Assembly (NCBI GenBank): GCA_965223545.1
Contig: OZ245006.1
Location: 7,712,001 to 7,776,000, forward strand
DNA: 64,000 bases
Direction of reading: 5' to 3'
From: Planctomycetota bacterium
GTDB lineage: Bacteria; Planctomycetota; UBA1135; UBA2386
Below, in pieces: positions 18,381-30,257 of this stretch. Position 1 is the first letter of the stretch, and the number at the start of each line of letters is the position of its first letter. The position numbers and the translations under genes were made by a program. The notes below the pieces were generated by a model, which was not told the DNA's origin, did no database searches, and worked only from the letters and a program-made list of their open reading frames with translations.

Positions 18381-19433
18381 CTACTCTTCGTCGAGGGCCA
18401 GCGCCAAGTCGCCGGCACCCCACGCCTGGCGCAGGCGGTCGACGACCGACTGCAAGCGGTCGCCGGGGCACGCCGTCGCGCGCAGCTCGCGGTGGGTGTG
18501 GATCTGCGACGGCCGGATCCGGTGGTCGGTCGACAGCTGGACGAGCAGGCCGCGCAGGGCGTGCAGCTGGCGCGGTGGGGGGTCCTGCCCCTCGCGGCCC
18601 CGGACGAAGTTGCCCAGCAGGCAGATGCCGATGTTGCCGCGGTTGCGCGCGGCGTCGCCGGCATGGGCTCCCTGCCACGCCAGTGGCCGGCCGGTCCAGA
18701 TGCGGCCGTCGGGATCGATCAGGAAGTGGTAGCCGATGTCGCCCCAGCCGTTGCCACGCATGTGCGCATCCTGAATCGCGCGCACCGCGGCGGCGGCGTT
18801 GGCGCGGGACCCGGGGCGGGTGATGCGCGCCGAGTGATGCACGGTGATGCGGTGCGCCCGCCCCATCCGCGACATGTTCTGCTGGCGGCCGGCGGCCGCA
18901 CTCCAGGCCGAACGCGCCAGCACGGCGGTGCTGGCCACCGGGGTTGGAGTGACGACCACCGGCCGCGTGCGCGCCTCGATGCGACGGCGCAGATCCGGGT
19001 CGCTGGCCACTTGCTCGGCCTCCTGTAGGTCGAGGCCGGCGCGCTCATGGTCTCCGCGGCGCTCGTGCGCCAGCGCCCGCACGTAGAGCGCGAGCGCCTG
19101 CACGTCGGGGGACGGCGTGAGGCGGCCGAACAGCAGCTGGTTGAGATCGCGCAGGGCGCGGTCGGTGCTGCCGTTCTCGATCAGCAGGAACGCCCGCCGC
19201 AAGCGCACCGCGGGGGACTCGGGCAGGGTGTCGAGGTCGCGCAGCTCGCGGTGTGCTGCGGTCGCCGGGGCGGTCAGCGCCGCCACCGACAGCTTGGGCA
19301 CCGGCATGCGGGCCTTGGGTTCGAGCGGCGGCGGGGGCGCGATGCAGGCCGCCAGCAGCGTGGTCAGCAAGACCGCTCGCGCCGCGGCGCCCTGCCCGCC
19401 CAACCGGCGGCCGGCCGGCCGGCCGGTGCTCAC
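18381..19433 (-). CDS. lipoprotein with TPR-like region and N-acetylmuramoyl-L-alanine amidase (PGRP/Amidase_2) domain
   Basis: LLAAC lipobox; TVHHS, GWGDIGYHF, QGAHAG, HTHRE..TACPG zinc ligands; start uncertain. Confidence 0.82.
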   Translation of the reverse strand: MSTGRPAGRRLGGQGAAARAVLLTTLLAACIAPPPPLEPKARMPVPKLSVAALTAPATAAHRELRDLDTLPESPAVRLRRAFLLIENGSTDRALRDLNQLLFGRLTPSPDVQALALYVRALAHERRGDHERAGLDLQEAEQVASDPDLRRRIEARTRPVVVTPTPVASTAVLARSAWSAAAGRQQNMSRMGRAHRITVHHSARITRPGSRANAAAAVRAIQDAHMRGNGWGDIGYHFLIDPDGRIWTGRPLAWQGAHAGDAARNRGNIGICLLGNFVRGREGQDPPPRQLHALRGLLVQLSTDHRIRPSQIHTHRELRATACPGDRLQSVVDRLRQAWGAGDLALALDEE

Positions 19434-19707
19434 GACGGGCCCGTTCGGGGTTCGAGTGCGGCCGCGCCGCGGTGTCAGTGCTGTGGTGGTCAATGCGCCC
19501 CTCCCGGCAGCGGTCCAACCACTCGAGACCGTAGCCCCGCGCCCCGATGCGGTAAAGCCCGAAGGCCCGGTGGGGTCGGCGTTCCGGCGCGGCAGCAGCG
19601 TCCGCGCCGGCGCCCGACGCGCGGCGGGTTCAGCCCGGCGCCGCGGTTGCCGATAGGGGAGCTGTTGGGGTCGCCACGAAACGCGAGAAGAGGAGAGCCG
19701 GGACCCG

Positions 19708-20148
19708 ATGAGTGCCAAAGTCGAACTGCTCCTGCGCGGGGCGATGGATCACTTGCGCATCGCGTGGCAAACGGGCGAGACGCTGCTGGCCTCGATTCCG
19801 TTCGAGGAGGATCCCGAGGGAACGCGCTACAACGTGCTGCTGGCCATCCAGGAGATGGTCACCAACATCCTGCGGCACGGCTACCGCGGCGATGAGCAGC
19901 AGCCGGTCGCCGTCCACTTCGAGGTCGATGGCGATGGCATGACCGTCACCCTGCGTGACCAGGGGCCGGCGTTCGACCCGACCGCCAGTACCCCCGAACC
20001 CGCCGGGGAGGAGTTCCCGGAGAGCGAGGGCGGCTACGGCATCATGATCGCGCGGATGGTGATGGACGAGCTCGACTACCGCCGGGACGGCGAGTGGAAC
20101 GTCCTGAGCATGACCAAGCACACCCGCGTCACGGCGCAGCAGGGGTAA
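19708..20148 (+). CDS. anti-sigma factor / RsbW-type Ser kinase
   Basis: EMVTNILRHGY, DQGPAFDP, EGGYGIMI..VMDE. Confidence 0.85.
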   Translation: MSAKVELLLRGAMDHLRIAWQTGETLLASIPFEEDPEGTRYNVLLAIQEMVTNILRHGYRGDEQQPVAVHFEVDGDGMTVTLRDQGPAFDPTASTPEPAGEEFPESEGGYGIMIARMVMDELDYRRDGEWNVLSMTKHTRVTAQQG

Positions 20149-21788
20149 TGCCGGTGCTTGCCAACGCCAAGACCACGGGTGCGTTGAGCGCCATGCCGGT
20201 CGTGGTCGCCGGTGAGCTCTCGATCTCGGTCTTCGACGCGACCGGCGCGCGGGTGATGCACGCCGGTACCGACGACGGCTCGGAGATCACGGTGAGCGAC
20301 GGCCGTGCGGTGGTCGAGGCCGCCGCCGGGCGCGCGGCGCTGCAGTGCGCACTGCCGGAGCAGGGCGCGGTGGCGGTGATCACCTACGACGCGGCGGTGG
20401 GGACCGGGGTCGAGCCGTTCTTGTCCGGCTTCTTCGATCTGTTGATCGAGCAGGATCGCTTCGACGGCGACATGGAGAGCATCAACAAGAGCTCGCTGGC
20501 GTTGCTCGAAGAGGTCTCCATGGTCGGCGACACGCTGCCGAGCCTGCCCACCGGGCGCTCGGTGCACGAGGTCGCCGAGATGGGGCTCAAGGCGCTGGTC
20601 GTCGCCGCCAGCGTGCACCGCGCGCTCTACGTCCAGTACGACCAGGCCACCGGCTACGCCGAGGTCCTGGTGCAGGTCGGCATGGATGCGAGCGGCCGCA
20701 GCGCGGTCGGCATTCCGTACCGCGGCACGACCGTGATCGGCGACGACGCGCGGGTCGTTTGGGACGCGATCCAGGGACCGGGCGACGCCGTCCTGCGCAG
20801 TGTCGGCGACGGTCCGCGGCTGGGGCCGCCGGGCACGCCGGAGCACCTCGCCGAGCACGAGCTGATCGCGGTCCCCGTGCACTACGGTCAGGACGACAAG
20901 CGCGTCGTGCTGGGTGTCGTGCTGGTGATGGACAAGCGCGAGAACGCGTACTCGACGTCGGACCACCTCGGCTCGCAGGAGACCAAGCTGGCGACCTCGA
21001 TCGCGTCGATGCTCGGCTCCGTGCTCGGCACCCGCAAGGTGGCGGAGCTCGGCAACGAGCTGCGCATGGCCAACGAGATCCAGCAGCAGATCCTGCCCGC
21101 CGGCACCGTCGCCGTGCCGGGCTTCGACATCGCCGGGCGCTGCACCAACTCGGGCGCCGTCGGCGGTGACTACTTCGACTACTTGCCGATGGCGGACGGC
21201 AGCACGCTGGTGGTGGTCGCCGACGTGTCGGGCCACAACCTGGCGAGCGGCATGATCATGGTCGGAGCGCGGGCGACGCTGCGCGCGTTGGCCAGCTCGA
21301 GCGGTGGGGTCGATCGCGTGTTCGACGCCCTGGCGCGCACTCTCTACCAGGACCTGGTGCGCACCGAGCGCTTCATCACCGCGGTCGGTGCCGCCATCCG
21401 CCCCGACAGCGGCCGGGTCAGCCTGAGCAACGCCGGACACAACGACACCATGGTCTACCGGGCGGCGACCGGCGCCATCGAGCGGATCCCGAGCGACACG
21501 ACCGTGCTCGGCTTCCTGCCGGAGCCGGACCACCCGCTGCAGACTCTGGAGCTGCAGCCGGGCGACGTCATGGTGCTCTACACCGACGGCGTCGTCGAGG
21601 CGACCAACGACGGAGACGAAATGCTGGGTGAAGAGGGACTGGAACGCGTCCTCATCGGCGCCGCCAGTGGTAGCGCCGAGCAGATCCTGCGCACGGTGTT
21701 CGAGGCAGTCGACGCATTCGCCGACAAGAAGGTCGCTGGTGACGACATCACGGCTGTGGTGATCAAGGTTCCGCCGACCGGCGCTTAG
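20148..21788 (+). CDS. GAF + PP2C (RsbU/SpoIIE) phosphatase
   Basis: VGGDYFD, ADVSGH, NAGH, LYTDGVVEA, DDITAV. Confidence 0.88.
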   Translation: MPVLANAKTTGALSAMPVVVAGELSISVFDATGARVMHAGTDDGSEITVSDGRAVVEAAAGRAALQCALPEQGAVAVITYDAAVGTGVEPFLSGFFDLLIEQDRFDGDMESINKSSLALLEEVSMVGDTLPSLPTGRSVHEVAEMGLKALVVAASVHRALYVQYDQATGYAEVLVQVGMDASGRSAVGIPYRGTTVIGDDARVVWDAIQGPGDAVLRSVGDGPRLGPPGTPEHLAEHELIAVPVHYGQDDKRVVLGVVLVMDKRENAYSTSDHLGSQETKLATSIASMLGSVLGTRKVAELGNELRMANEIQQQILPAGTVAVPGFDIAGRCTNSGAVGGDYFDYLPMADGSTLVVVADVSGHNLASGMIMVGARATLRALASSSGGVDRVFDALARTLYQDLVRTERFITAVGAAIRPDSGRVSLSNAGHNDTMVYRAATGAIERIPSDTTVLGFLPEPDHPLQTLELQPGDVMVLYTDGVVEATNDGDEMLGEEGLERVLIGAASGSAEQILRTVFEAVDAFADKKVAGDDITAVVIKVPPTGA

Positions 21789-21797
21789 AGAAGAGCA

Positions 21798-22172
21798 ATG
21801 AGTACACCCAAGGTCCTGGTCGTCGACGACGAGCCGTTCATCTGCCGGTCGCTGACCTTCGTGTTGCGCAAGGAGCGCTTCGAGGTGTTCGAGGCTCGCA
21901 ACGGCGAGGAGGCGCTGGCGCTGATTCGGGAGCATCGCCCGGACCTCGTCTTCCTCGACGTGATGATGCCCAAGCTCAACGGCTTCGAGGTGACCAAGCA
22001 GGTGCGTGCCGACCCGAGCCTGAGTGGCGTGAAGATCATCCTGCTCACCGCGAAAGGGCAGGATTCGGACCGCGCCACCGGCGAGGAGGCGGGCGCGGAC
22101 GACTACATGACCAAGCCGTTCTCGCCCACCCGCGTGCTCGAGCGGGCGCGCAACATGCTCGGCGTCTCCTGA
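21798..22172 (+). CDS. single-domain response regulator
   Basis: VDDE, LDVMMPKLNG, LTAKG, TKPF. Confidence 0.92.
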   Translation: MSTPKVLVVDDEPFICRSLTFVLRKERFEVFEARNGEEALALIREHRPDLVFLDVMMPKLNGFEVTKQVRADPSLSGVKIILLTAKGQDSDRATGEEAGADDYMTKPFSPTRVLERARNMLGVS

Positions 22173-22205
22173 ACGCCGCCCGCGGTCGGCTATAGTCGGC
22201 CGCCG

Positions 22206-23645
22206 ATGATCACCGCAACGACGCTGTTGCTGCTGGCGGCGAGCGCGCCGCAGCGCCCGGTGGAGCACGGCGCACGGCCGGACACTCTGGAGATCAAGAA
22301 CGCTCACGTGATCCGCGGCGACGGCTCGCCGCCGGAGGGCCCGCGCAGTGTGTTCGTGCGCGACGGCCGCATCGTCGCCGAGCGCATCGAGCGGCCGGCG
22401 GCGTTCATCGACGGCACCGATTGCTACGTGATGCCGGGTCTGGTCAACACCCATGGCCACCTGCAGGACGTGATGGCCGGCATTCCGATCCCTGCCGAGT
22501 ACCACCTCGGGCTGTGGTTGGCGTCCGGGGTCACCGCGGTGCGCGACAACGGCAGCAACTTCCGCCGCACCCAACGCCTGCGCGCGCGCGCCGCGGCGTT
22601 CGAGATCGAGAGCCCGCGCATCTTCGTCTACCGCATGTTCGGCGGCGTCAGCAGTGCCGAGGAAGCGGAGCAGCGGGTGCGCAGCTTCGCGACGCAGGGG
22701 GCCGACGGCATCAAGCTGTGGTCCAACTTCAGCTACCGGCGCGAGCACCTGCAGGCGATCTTGAAGACCGCGCGGGCGGTCGGGCTGCCGTGCACTGCGC
22801 ACATCGGCGTCGGCCCGACCAACGCCCTCGACTACGCCGAGCTCGGCGTGCGCAGCATCGAGCACTGGTACGGAATCCCGGACGCCGCGCTGCGCGGTCT
22901 GCAGCGCTTTCCCGCCGACTTCAGCTACAGCAACGAGGTCGACCGCTTCCGCTACGCCGGCAGGTTGTGGCGCGAGACCGACCCGGAGCTGCTCGCCGAC
23001 GTGCTCGCCGGCATGGTCGATCACGACGTCGCGTGGAGCCCGACCCTGGCGATCTACGAGGCCAGCCGCGACTTGCAGCGCGCGCAGAACAAGCCGTGGT
23101 TTCCGACCTACCTGCATCCGGCGCTCGAGCAGTTCTTCAAGCCGAGTCTGGACAGCCACGGCAGCTACTTCATCGGCTGGACCACCACCGACGAGGCCTA
23201 CTGGCGCGAGAACTACCAGCTCTGGTTCGACGCCTTGCGCCGCTTCGCCGAGCTCGGTGGTGTGATCACCACTGGCGAAGACGCCGGCTACATCTACGTG
23301 ATGCCGGGCTTCGGCTTGGTGCGCGAGCTCGAGCTGCAACACGAGGCGGGGTTCTCGCCGCTCGAGGTGATCCGCCACGCGACCTACAACGGGGCCCGGG
23401 TTCTCGGGCGCGCCGATGAGTTCGGCCGCGTGCTGCCGGGGCTCGCCGCCGACCTGGTCGTCGTGCACGGCAACCCCTTGCACAACCTCAAGGCGCTGTA
23501 CCCCACCGGCTGTGACTTCTATGTCGACGGCGAGAGCGTGCGCGGCGGCGGCGTGCGCTACACCATCGTCGACGGCCGGGTGTACCACGGCCCGACGATG
23601 CTGCGCCGGGTCGAGGAGCTCGTCGCCAAGGCGCGCGAGAAGTAG
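22206..23645 (+). CDS. secreted amidohydrolase family protein
   Basis: PGLVNTHGH, SIEH, GEDAG, ADLVVVHGNPL. Confidence 0.85.
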   Translation: MITATTLLLLAASAPQRPVEHGARPDTLEIKNAHVIRGDGSPPEGPRSVFVRDGRIVAERIERPAAFIDGTDCYVMPGLVNTHGHLQDVMAGIPIPAEYHLGLWLASGVTAVRDNGSNFRRTQRLRARAAAFEIESPRIFVYRMFGGVSSAEEAEQRVRSFATQGADGIKLWSNFSYRREHLQAILKTARAVGLPCTAHIGVGPTNALDYAELGVRSIEHWYGIPDAALRGLQRFPADFSYSNEVDRFRYAGRLWRETDPELLADVLAGMVDHDVAWSPTLAIYEASRDLQRAQNKPWFPTYLHPALEQFFKPSLDSHGSYFIGWTTTDEAYWRENYQLWFDALRRFAELGGVITTGEDAGYIYVMPGFGLVRELELQHEAGFSPLEVIRHATYNGARVLGRADEFGRVLPGLAADLVVVHGNPLHNLKALYPTGCDFYVDGESVRGGGVRYTIVDGRVYHGPTMLRRVEELVAKAREK

Positions 23646-23651
23646 CGGCGC

Positions 23652-25034
23652 TTGGCCGCCGCGGCCGAGAGTCGATCCGCCGGCGGCAGAACGCGCCGGC
23701 CGCTGGCCGCGGTGGTCGCCACCGGGGTTCCGCTGGCGTTCGCGTTCGCTTCGCACGCGCTGATCAACCTGGTGGATCTGGCGTTGGTGGGGCGGCTCGG
23801 CGCCGATGCGGTCGCCGGCGTGCACGTCGCCACCGCCGTCAACTTCCTGCCGATGATCCTCGGCAACGGCGTGTCGGTGGCGACCATGGCCCTGCTGGCG
23901 CAGCGGATCGGTGCCGGTGATCACCTCGGCGCCGCGGCGCTGAGCGCGCGCGCGCAGCTGTGGATGCTGGTCCTGGGCGTGGTCGTGGGCGTCGTCGGCG
24001 CGGTGCTCGCCGGTCCATCGGTGGACCTGCAGGGCGTGGGTGGCGGCGCGCGCGCCATCGGCGTGCACTACACGGTGGTCGTGCAGCTGGGCACGGTCAC
24101 CATGTTCGCGTTGATGCAGTCGACCGCGGCGATGCGCGCGGCGGGGGAGACGTGGATGCCGGTGGTCCTGCTGCTGGCAGCCAACGGCCTCAATCTGTTG
24201 CTGGACGTGGTGCTCTTGTTCGGCGTCGACGCGCTGGGAATCCCCGCCTTCGGCGCGGTCGGTGCGGCGTACGCCTCGGTCATCAGCCGGGCGCTGATGG
24301 CGATCGCCGGCTACGCCTGGCTGGCGCGGCCGGCCGCGCCGTTGCGTCTGTGCTGGCACGGTTGGCGGGGGCCGGCGGGCGAGTTCGGGCGGTTGGCCCG
24401 CGCGGCCTGGCCGCCGTCTGCCCAGCTCGCGGTGCGCGCCACCGCAGTGCTCGCGCTGACGCGGGCGGTCGCCGAGGTCGGCGGTGACTCCGCGGTGGCG
24501 GCGTTCTCGGTCACCACGCGGTTGGACACGTTGGTTCTGTTCGCCGCGGCCGGCATCGCCAGCGCCGGCACGACGCTGACCGGCGCGGCGACCGGTGCCG
24601 GCGATGGGCGCGTGGCGCAGCGGTTGGCGTGGGCTTCGGGCGCGGTCGCCGCGGCGCTGGGATTGGTGCTCGCGGTCGCTTTGGCGGCGGGCGGCGGGTG
24701 GCTGGTCGAGCTGTTCGTCGCCGGCGCGACCCCGGAGGTCTCGGCTGCAGGAGCGTCGTATCTCCGCTGGGCGGTGTGGGCGCACCCGCTGGCGGCGTTC
24801 TGCATTGGGGTGACCGGGGCGTGGCACGGCGCCGGCTGGTTTGTCACCCCGCTGGCGCTGGATCTCGGCGGTCACGGGGTCGTGCTGCTGCCGGCGGTGG
24901 TCGGGGCCGTGCTCTGGGCGGGCGCCGGCGGCTCCCTTACGCTTGTCTGGTGGGCTCTGCTGTTGGGCCACGCAGCGTTGGCGGCTCTGTTCGCGGCGGT
25001 GCTGTGGCGATGGCCGCTGTCGGCGCGAAGCTGA
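23652..25034 (+). CDS. MATE family efflux transporter
   Basis: VDLALVGRLG..AVAGV, MRAAGET..P, NLLLD.VLLFG..GAVGAAYAS; many TM helices. Confidence 0.82.
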   Translation: MAAAAESRSAGGRTRRPLAAVVATGVPLAFAFASHALINLVDLALVGRLGADAVAGVHVATAVNFLPMILGNGVSVATMALLAQRIGAGDHLGAAALSARAQLWMLVLGVVVGVVGAVLAGPSVDLQGVGGGARAIGVHYTVVVQLGTVTMFALMQSTAAMRAAGETWMPVVLLLAANGLNLLLDVVLLFGVDALGIPAFGAVGAAYASVISRALMAIAGYAWLARPAAPLRLCWHGWRGPAGEFGRLARAAWPPSAQLAVRATAVLALTRAVAEVGGDSAVAAFSVTTRLDTLVLFAAAGIASAGTTLTGAATGAGDGRVAQRLAWASGAVAAALGLVLAVALAAGGGWLVELFVAGATPEVSAAGASYLRWAVWAHPLAAFCIGVTGAWHGAGWFVTPLALDLGGHGVVLLPAVVGAVLWAGAGGSLTLVWWALLLGHAALAALFAAVLWRWPLSARS

Positions 25035-25151
25035 CACTCTGACAGAGCCCGCTGGCGGCGGTGCTGTCAGATTGGCGCGCCGAGGGCGCGTCCGATCGGT
25101 CCGGATGCTCTAAGTAACGGAGACACAACGCCTTGGGTGCTACCTGCCGGT

Positions 25152-25167
25152 TGGCACGAGTCTTGAA
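25152..25167 (+). promoter_or_regulatory. possible sigma54 promoter for dnaK
   Basis: TGGCACG-AGTC-TTGAA (-12 GC altered to GA). Confidence 0.45.
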
Positions 25168-25172
25168 CATGA

Positions 25173-27167
<1,995 letters not shown>

Positions 27168-27251
27168 GCGGGTCCTCCTGGACCGCGCGCGGGCGGACAG
27201 CGCCAGGAATCTACGACGCGCTTTGTCAGCCTCCGGGGGGGGAGAGAGAGT

Positions 27252-27599
27252 TCAGCACTCTCCTTTGCCGGGTGGTTGCCAGCCACCGAAGTCCTCCGCA
27301 CGGCTGAGCTGCCGACCGTGGCGCGCGTGCATCACCCACACCGCCTGGTCTTCCTCGACGATCGTGAAGAAGAGAACGAACTGCCCGATCGCGATGGCCC
27401 GCACCTCGAAGTCGCACCACGCGTCCTCCGGAGCAACCGCATAGCGTCGCGGCATCGTCTCCAGTCCCTGGATCAAGTCGTAGACCCGTTGGAGCCACTC
27501 GACTGCGCGCTGTGGCGCATCTTGCTCGGTGGCGATCCACTCGGCTTGCTCGCGGATGCGGTTCCTGGCTCCTGGTGTGACGAAGACCTCGTAGGTCAT
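27252..27599 (-). CDS. ParE/RelE family toxin
   Basis: YEVFVTPGA..I..WIA..AVEWL..I.GLETMPRRY..LFFTI..VMHARHG. Confidence 0.8.
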   Translation of the reverse strand: MTYEVFVTPGARNRIREQAEWIATEQDAPQRAVEWLQRVYDLIQGLETMPRRYAVAPEDAWCDFEVRAIAIGQFVLFFTIVEEDQAVWVMHARHGRQLSRAEDFGGWQPPGKGEC

Positions 27600-27910
27600 C
27601 GGTCGAGCTTGAGTCCAAGCTCTTCAGCGATGCCGGCCAAGGCTTCTCTCATCGGTTCGCCGCGACCAGCTCGGACGTCGTCCATGCCGATCTCTATCGC
27701 AGCCAGATTCTCCGCGAGTTCTGCCGCGCCTTCGGCGCTGAGTTCGGGGTCGCGCTCCTGCAGGTGGGCGGCCGTCCGACGGACGACCTCGGCCAACACT
27801 GCCTCACCGACGAAGCTCGAGAGGTCCCCCTTCTTCATGCCCGTTCGGGCCAGGAACACGCGCACCAGCCGGTCCGTTCGGTCGGGGATGGTCACGTTCC
27901 ACTTGGGCAT
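27596..27910 (-). CDS. ribbon-helix-helix antitoxin
   Basis: KWNVTIP..TDRLVRVFLA..GMKKGDLSSFV RHH; acidic C-terminus; overlaps toxin start (ATGA). Confidence 0.72.
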   Translation of the reverse strand: MPKWNVTIPDRTDRLVRVFLARTGMKKGDLSSFVGEAVLAEVVRRTAAHLQERDPELSAEGAAELAENLAAIEIGMDDVRAGRGEPMREALAGIAEELGLKLDR

Positions 27911-28039
27911 GTCAATCTCTCTTGCTAGTTGGGCGCATAGGAGCTCATCCTCCTATTCTGTGGCTGATCGGCCAGAGAGATCAACCCCTTGAGTGGGGTC
28001 CGCCAACGCCACGAGTCTGGGGCGCGACCCGATGTCGCA

Positions 28040-29245
28040 TCACCATGCGAGCAGCGGGGCCGGATTGGTGAGAGCCAGAGAGCCTGAGGTCGCGACTTGT
28101 GCCCCCTGCAACCAGACCGTCGAGCCGGGGGCCGAGGTGAACGGCAGCGTCAACCCGAACCCGCGCTCCCCGGCGCTGTTCAGCAGGCCGACGTCGATCA
28201 CGAACTGCCGCCCGGGAGCGAGATAGAAGGTCTCGCTGAGCAAAGTGAACGGCGTCGCCGCTGGGAACCCGAGAACGAGCGCCGCAGTCGCTCCCGGATC
28301 GCCGTAGCTCGTCGCCGCCAGCGTCGTCGGCGAGCCCCCGATCGACCAGCTCAGCGCCGGGATCGACTGCGTCGTGACGTTGGCCCCAACCGCGGGGCCG
28401 ACGTTCGAACGCGGGTCGGCGACCAACTCCGTCGTCGCCGTGCACGTGCCGCCGGTCGGTAGGACCGCCACCCCGGGCACCGTCGAACCCAACACCGTGC
28501 CGCCGACGACCACCGACCCGGGTCCCGCCACGAGGATCCGCGCATCGCAGTGCGCGATCGCGGCCCCGGGTGTCCCGAGGTTCGGCGAGCCGAAGACGGT
28601 CGAATCGACCAGGACAAGCTCCGAGCGGATGAGCTCCACCGTGTGAAAGCCGCCGAACGCGATCGGCACGAAGGCGGATTGGTCGGCAACGACCCTGGTG
28701 TTGTCCGTGAGAGCCAAGCGTCCGTACAGCGCACTGTTGGCCACGGCGAGCGAGCATTGCGAGATGGTGACCAGCCCGCTGTGCGCGATCGTGAAGCGAT
28801 CGAACAGGGTCGCGGCGGGATTGGGCCCGGGGTTGGTCCGCACGATGTTGATCAAGTGCACGGCGCCCACGTTGTCGGAGACGAGCAGCCCGCCGCTGGT
28901 CGGCCCGCCGTTGGTGTCGAATGGCGACAGCCTCAGATTGGCGAGAAACACCTCTTCGCCGGTGGGAACCAGCACGACGTCGAGCCGGCCGTCGATTCCC
29001 GGCCGTCCCGGGCCCTGGCCGATCACCGAGAGTCCACGGGTGATCCGAGCCGCGGTGTACTGCATCAGCGTCGGGTCGACGTAGTGCACCAGCAGAATGT
29101 CACCGGGAGCCGCCGCCGCCACGGCGGCCGGCAGGTCGGTGAAGTCGGTCCCGGGCCGGTTCAGCAGATCGACGTTCCAGGTGGTCTGCGTTTGTCCTGG
29201 GGCGGCGCAGGCAACGACCGAGCATGCGACGAGGAATGGGCGCAT
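28040..29245 (-). CDS. secreted beta-rich hypothetical protein
   Basis: signal peptide; DFTDLPAAVAAAAPGDILLV start; C-terminal VWLQG..LALTN motif. Confidence 0.7.
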   Translation of the reverse strand: MRPFLVACSVVACAAPGQTQTTWNVDLLNRPGTDFTDLPAAVAAAAPGDILLVHYVDPTLMQYTAARITRGLSVIGQGPGRPGIDGRLDVVLVPTGEEVFLANLRLSPFDTNGGPTSGGLLVSDNVGAVHLINIVRTNPGPNPAATLFDRFTIAHSGLVTISQCSLAVANSALYGRLALTDNTRVVADQSAFVPIAFGGFHTVELIRSELVLVDSTVFGSPNLGTPGAAIAHCDARILVAGPGSVVVGGTVLGSTVPGVAVLPTGGTCTATTELVADPRSNVGPAVGANVTTQSIPALSWSIGGSPTTLAATSYGDPGATAALVLGFPAATPFTLLSETFYLAPGRQFVIDVGLLNSAGERGFGLTLPFTSAPGSTVWLQGAQVATSGSLALTNPAPLLAW

Positions 29246-29598
29246 GTCCGAGAATCGTAGTGCAAGACGGGGGTGGATCGGCGCAGGGGCGACCGGGCGT
29301 TTGGCGCTGGTCCGGCCAATTGCAGTGAGGCGCACGAGACACGCTTCCTCGGGTCGGGGTCCCAGAGTGAGACCGGCGTCCGATCGGTCGCGAGTCGGAG
29401 CGCTCCCGCGTGGCTCAGCGCCCGATGGCAATGGCAACCGCGGCCCTCTGGCGCTGCTCCTACACCCCGGCTGCGCCACCTACACCGCCGCGTCCCGCAT
29501 CGATCCCCGCTCAACCCGGCCCGGGTCCCGCGACGATACGCGCAAGATGGGCCCCGGTGCCGCGCCGGTGCCCTACGCATCCGCACAAGAGGGGCAAC

Positions 29599-30141
29599 AT
29601 GGGGAAGCAGTTCAGAAGGCGCCGGCTGATCGTCGACCGGCAGATGCAGTCGCGCATCATTGCGCAGGTCGCCTGGCCGGCGGCGCTGTGCGTGATGGTC
29701 TCGGTCACGTTGATGGGGCTGTTTTGTGCCCGGGTCACTGCCAAGGCGATCGAGGCCAACGTCGAGATCGACGGCGTCGCGACGATGCTGCTCGCGTGTC
29801 TTGGCTTCTTGTTGGTGTCCTCGGGGCTGTTCTTGTTCAACTGCCTGAAGGTGTCGCACCGCGTCGCCGGGCCGATCTACCGGATCCGCGCGGTGCTGGC
29901 CGCGGTGCGCGCTGGCGAGCCGACCCTGCGCATTCGCTTGCGCAAGGAGGACTTTCTCGGTGACTTGGCCGAGGACCTGAACACCTTCCTGGCCTGGGCC
30001 GAGCCGCACCTGCCGCAGAACGAGGTGCCGGAAGAGGTGCAGGCCGCGGAGGCAGAAGCCCGCGAGCAGGAGGCCGAGGCGCGGCGCGAGTTCGAAGCCG
30101 CCTGCGCCGGCGAGCCCGACAAGATCGTCCCGGTGCCGTAG
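29599..30141 (+). CDS. membrane protein with HAMP-like domain
   Basis: two TM helices, SHRVAGPIYRI..IRLRKED. Confidence 0.7.
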   Translation: MGKQFRRRRLIVDRQMQSRIIAQVAWPAALCVMVSVTLMGLFCARVTAKAIEANVEIDGVATMLLACLGFLLVSSGLFLFNCLKVSHRVAGPIYRIRAVLAAVRAGEPTLRIRLRKEDFLGDLAEDLNTFLAWAEPHLPQNEVPEEVQAAEAEAREQEAEARREFEAACAGEPDKIVPVP

Positions 30142-30257
30142 GGCCCTGGCGCGGGCTGGCGTGCCGGTGTGGCGTGCGTGGCGCTCGGCGCGCCGCACGC
30201 TTCGGCTGGGAAAGCGGTTACCGCGGCCGACGCGGCGCGATACAAAGGCCGCACCGC

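Noticed and set aside
20076..25037. 1653-aa minus-strand ORF (and similar 47997-52097, 863-2617, 7993-9921)
   Set aside because: Shadow ORFs antisense to well-supported genes, expected at high GC3; no recognisable domains
25031..25071. Possible CIRCE upstream of dnaK
   Set aside because: Does not match TTAGCACTC-N9-GAGTGCTAA; it is a TCTGACAG/CTGTCAGA hairpin, probably ending the MATE transcript
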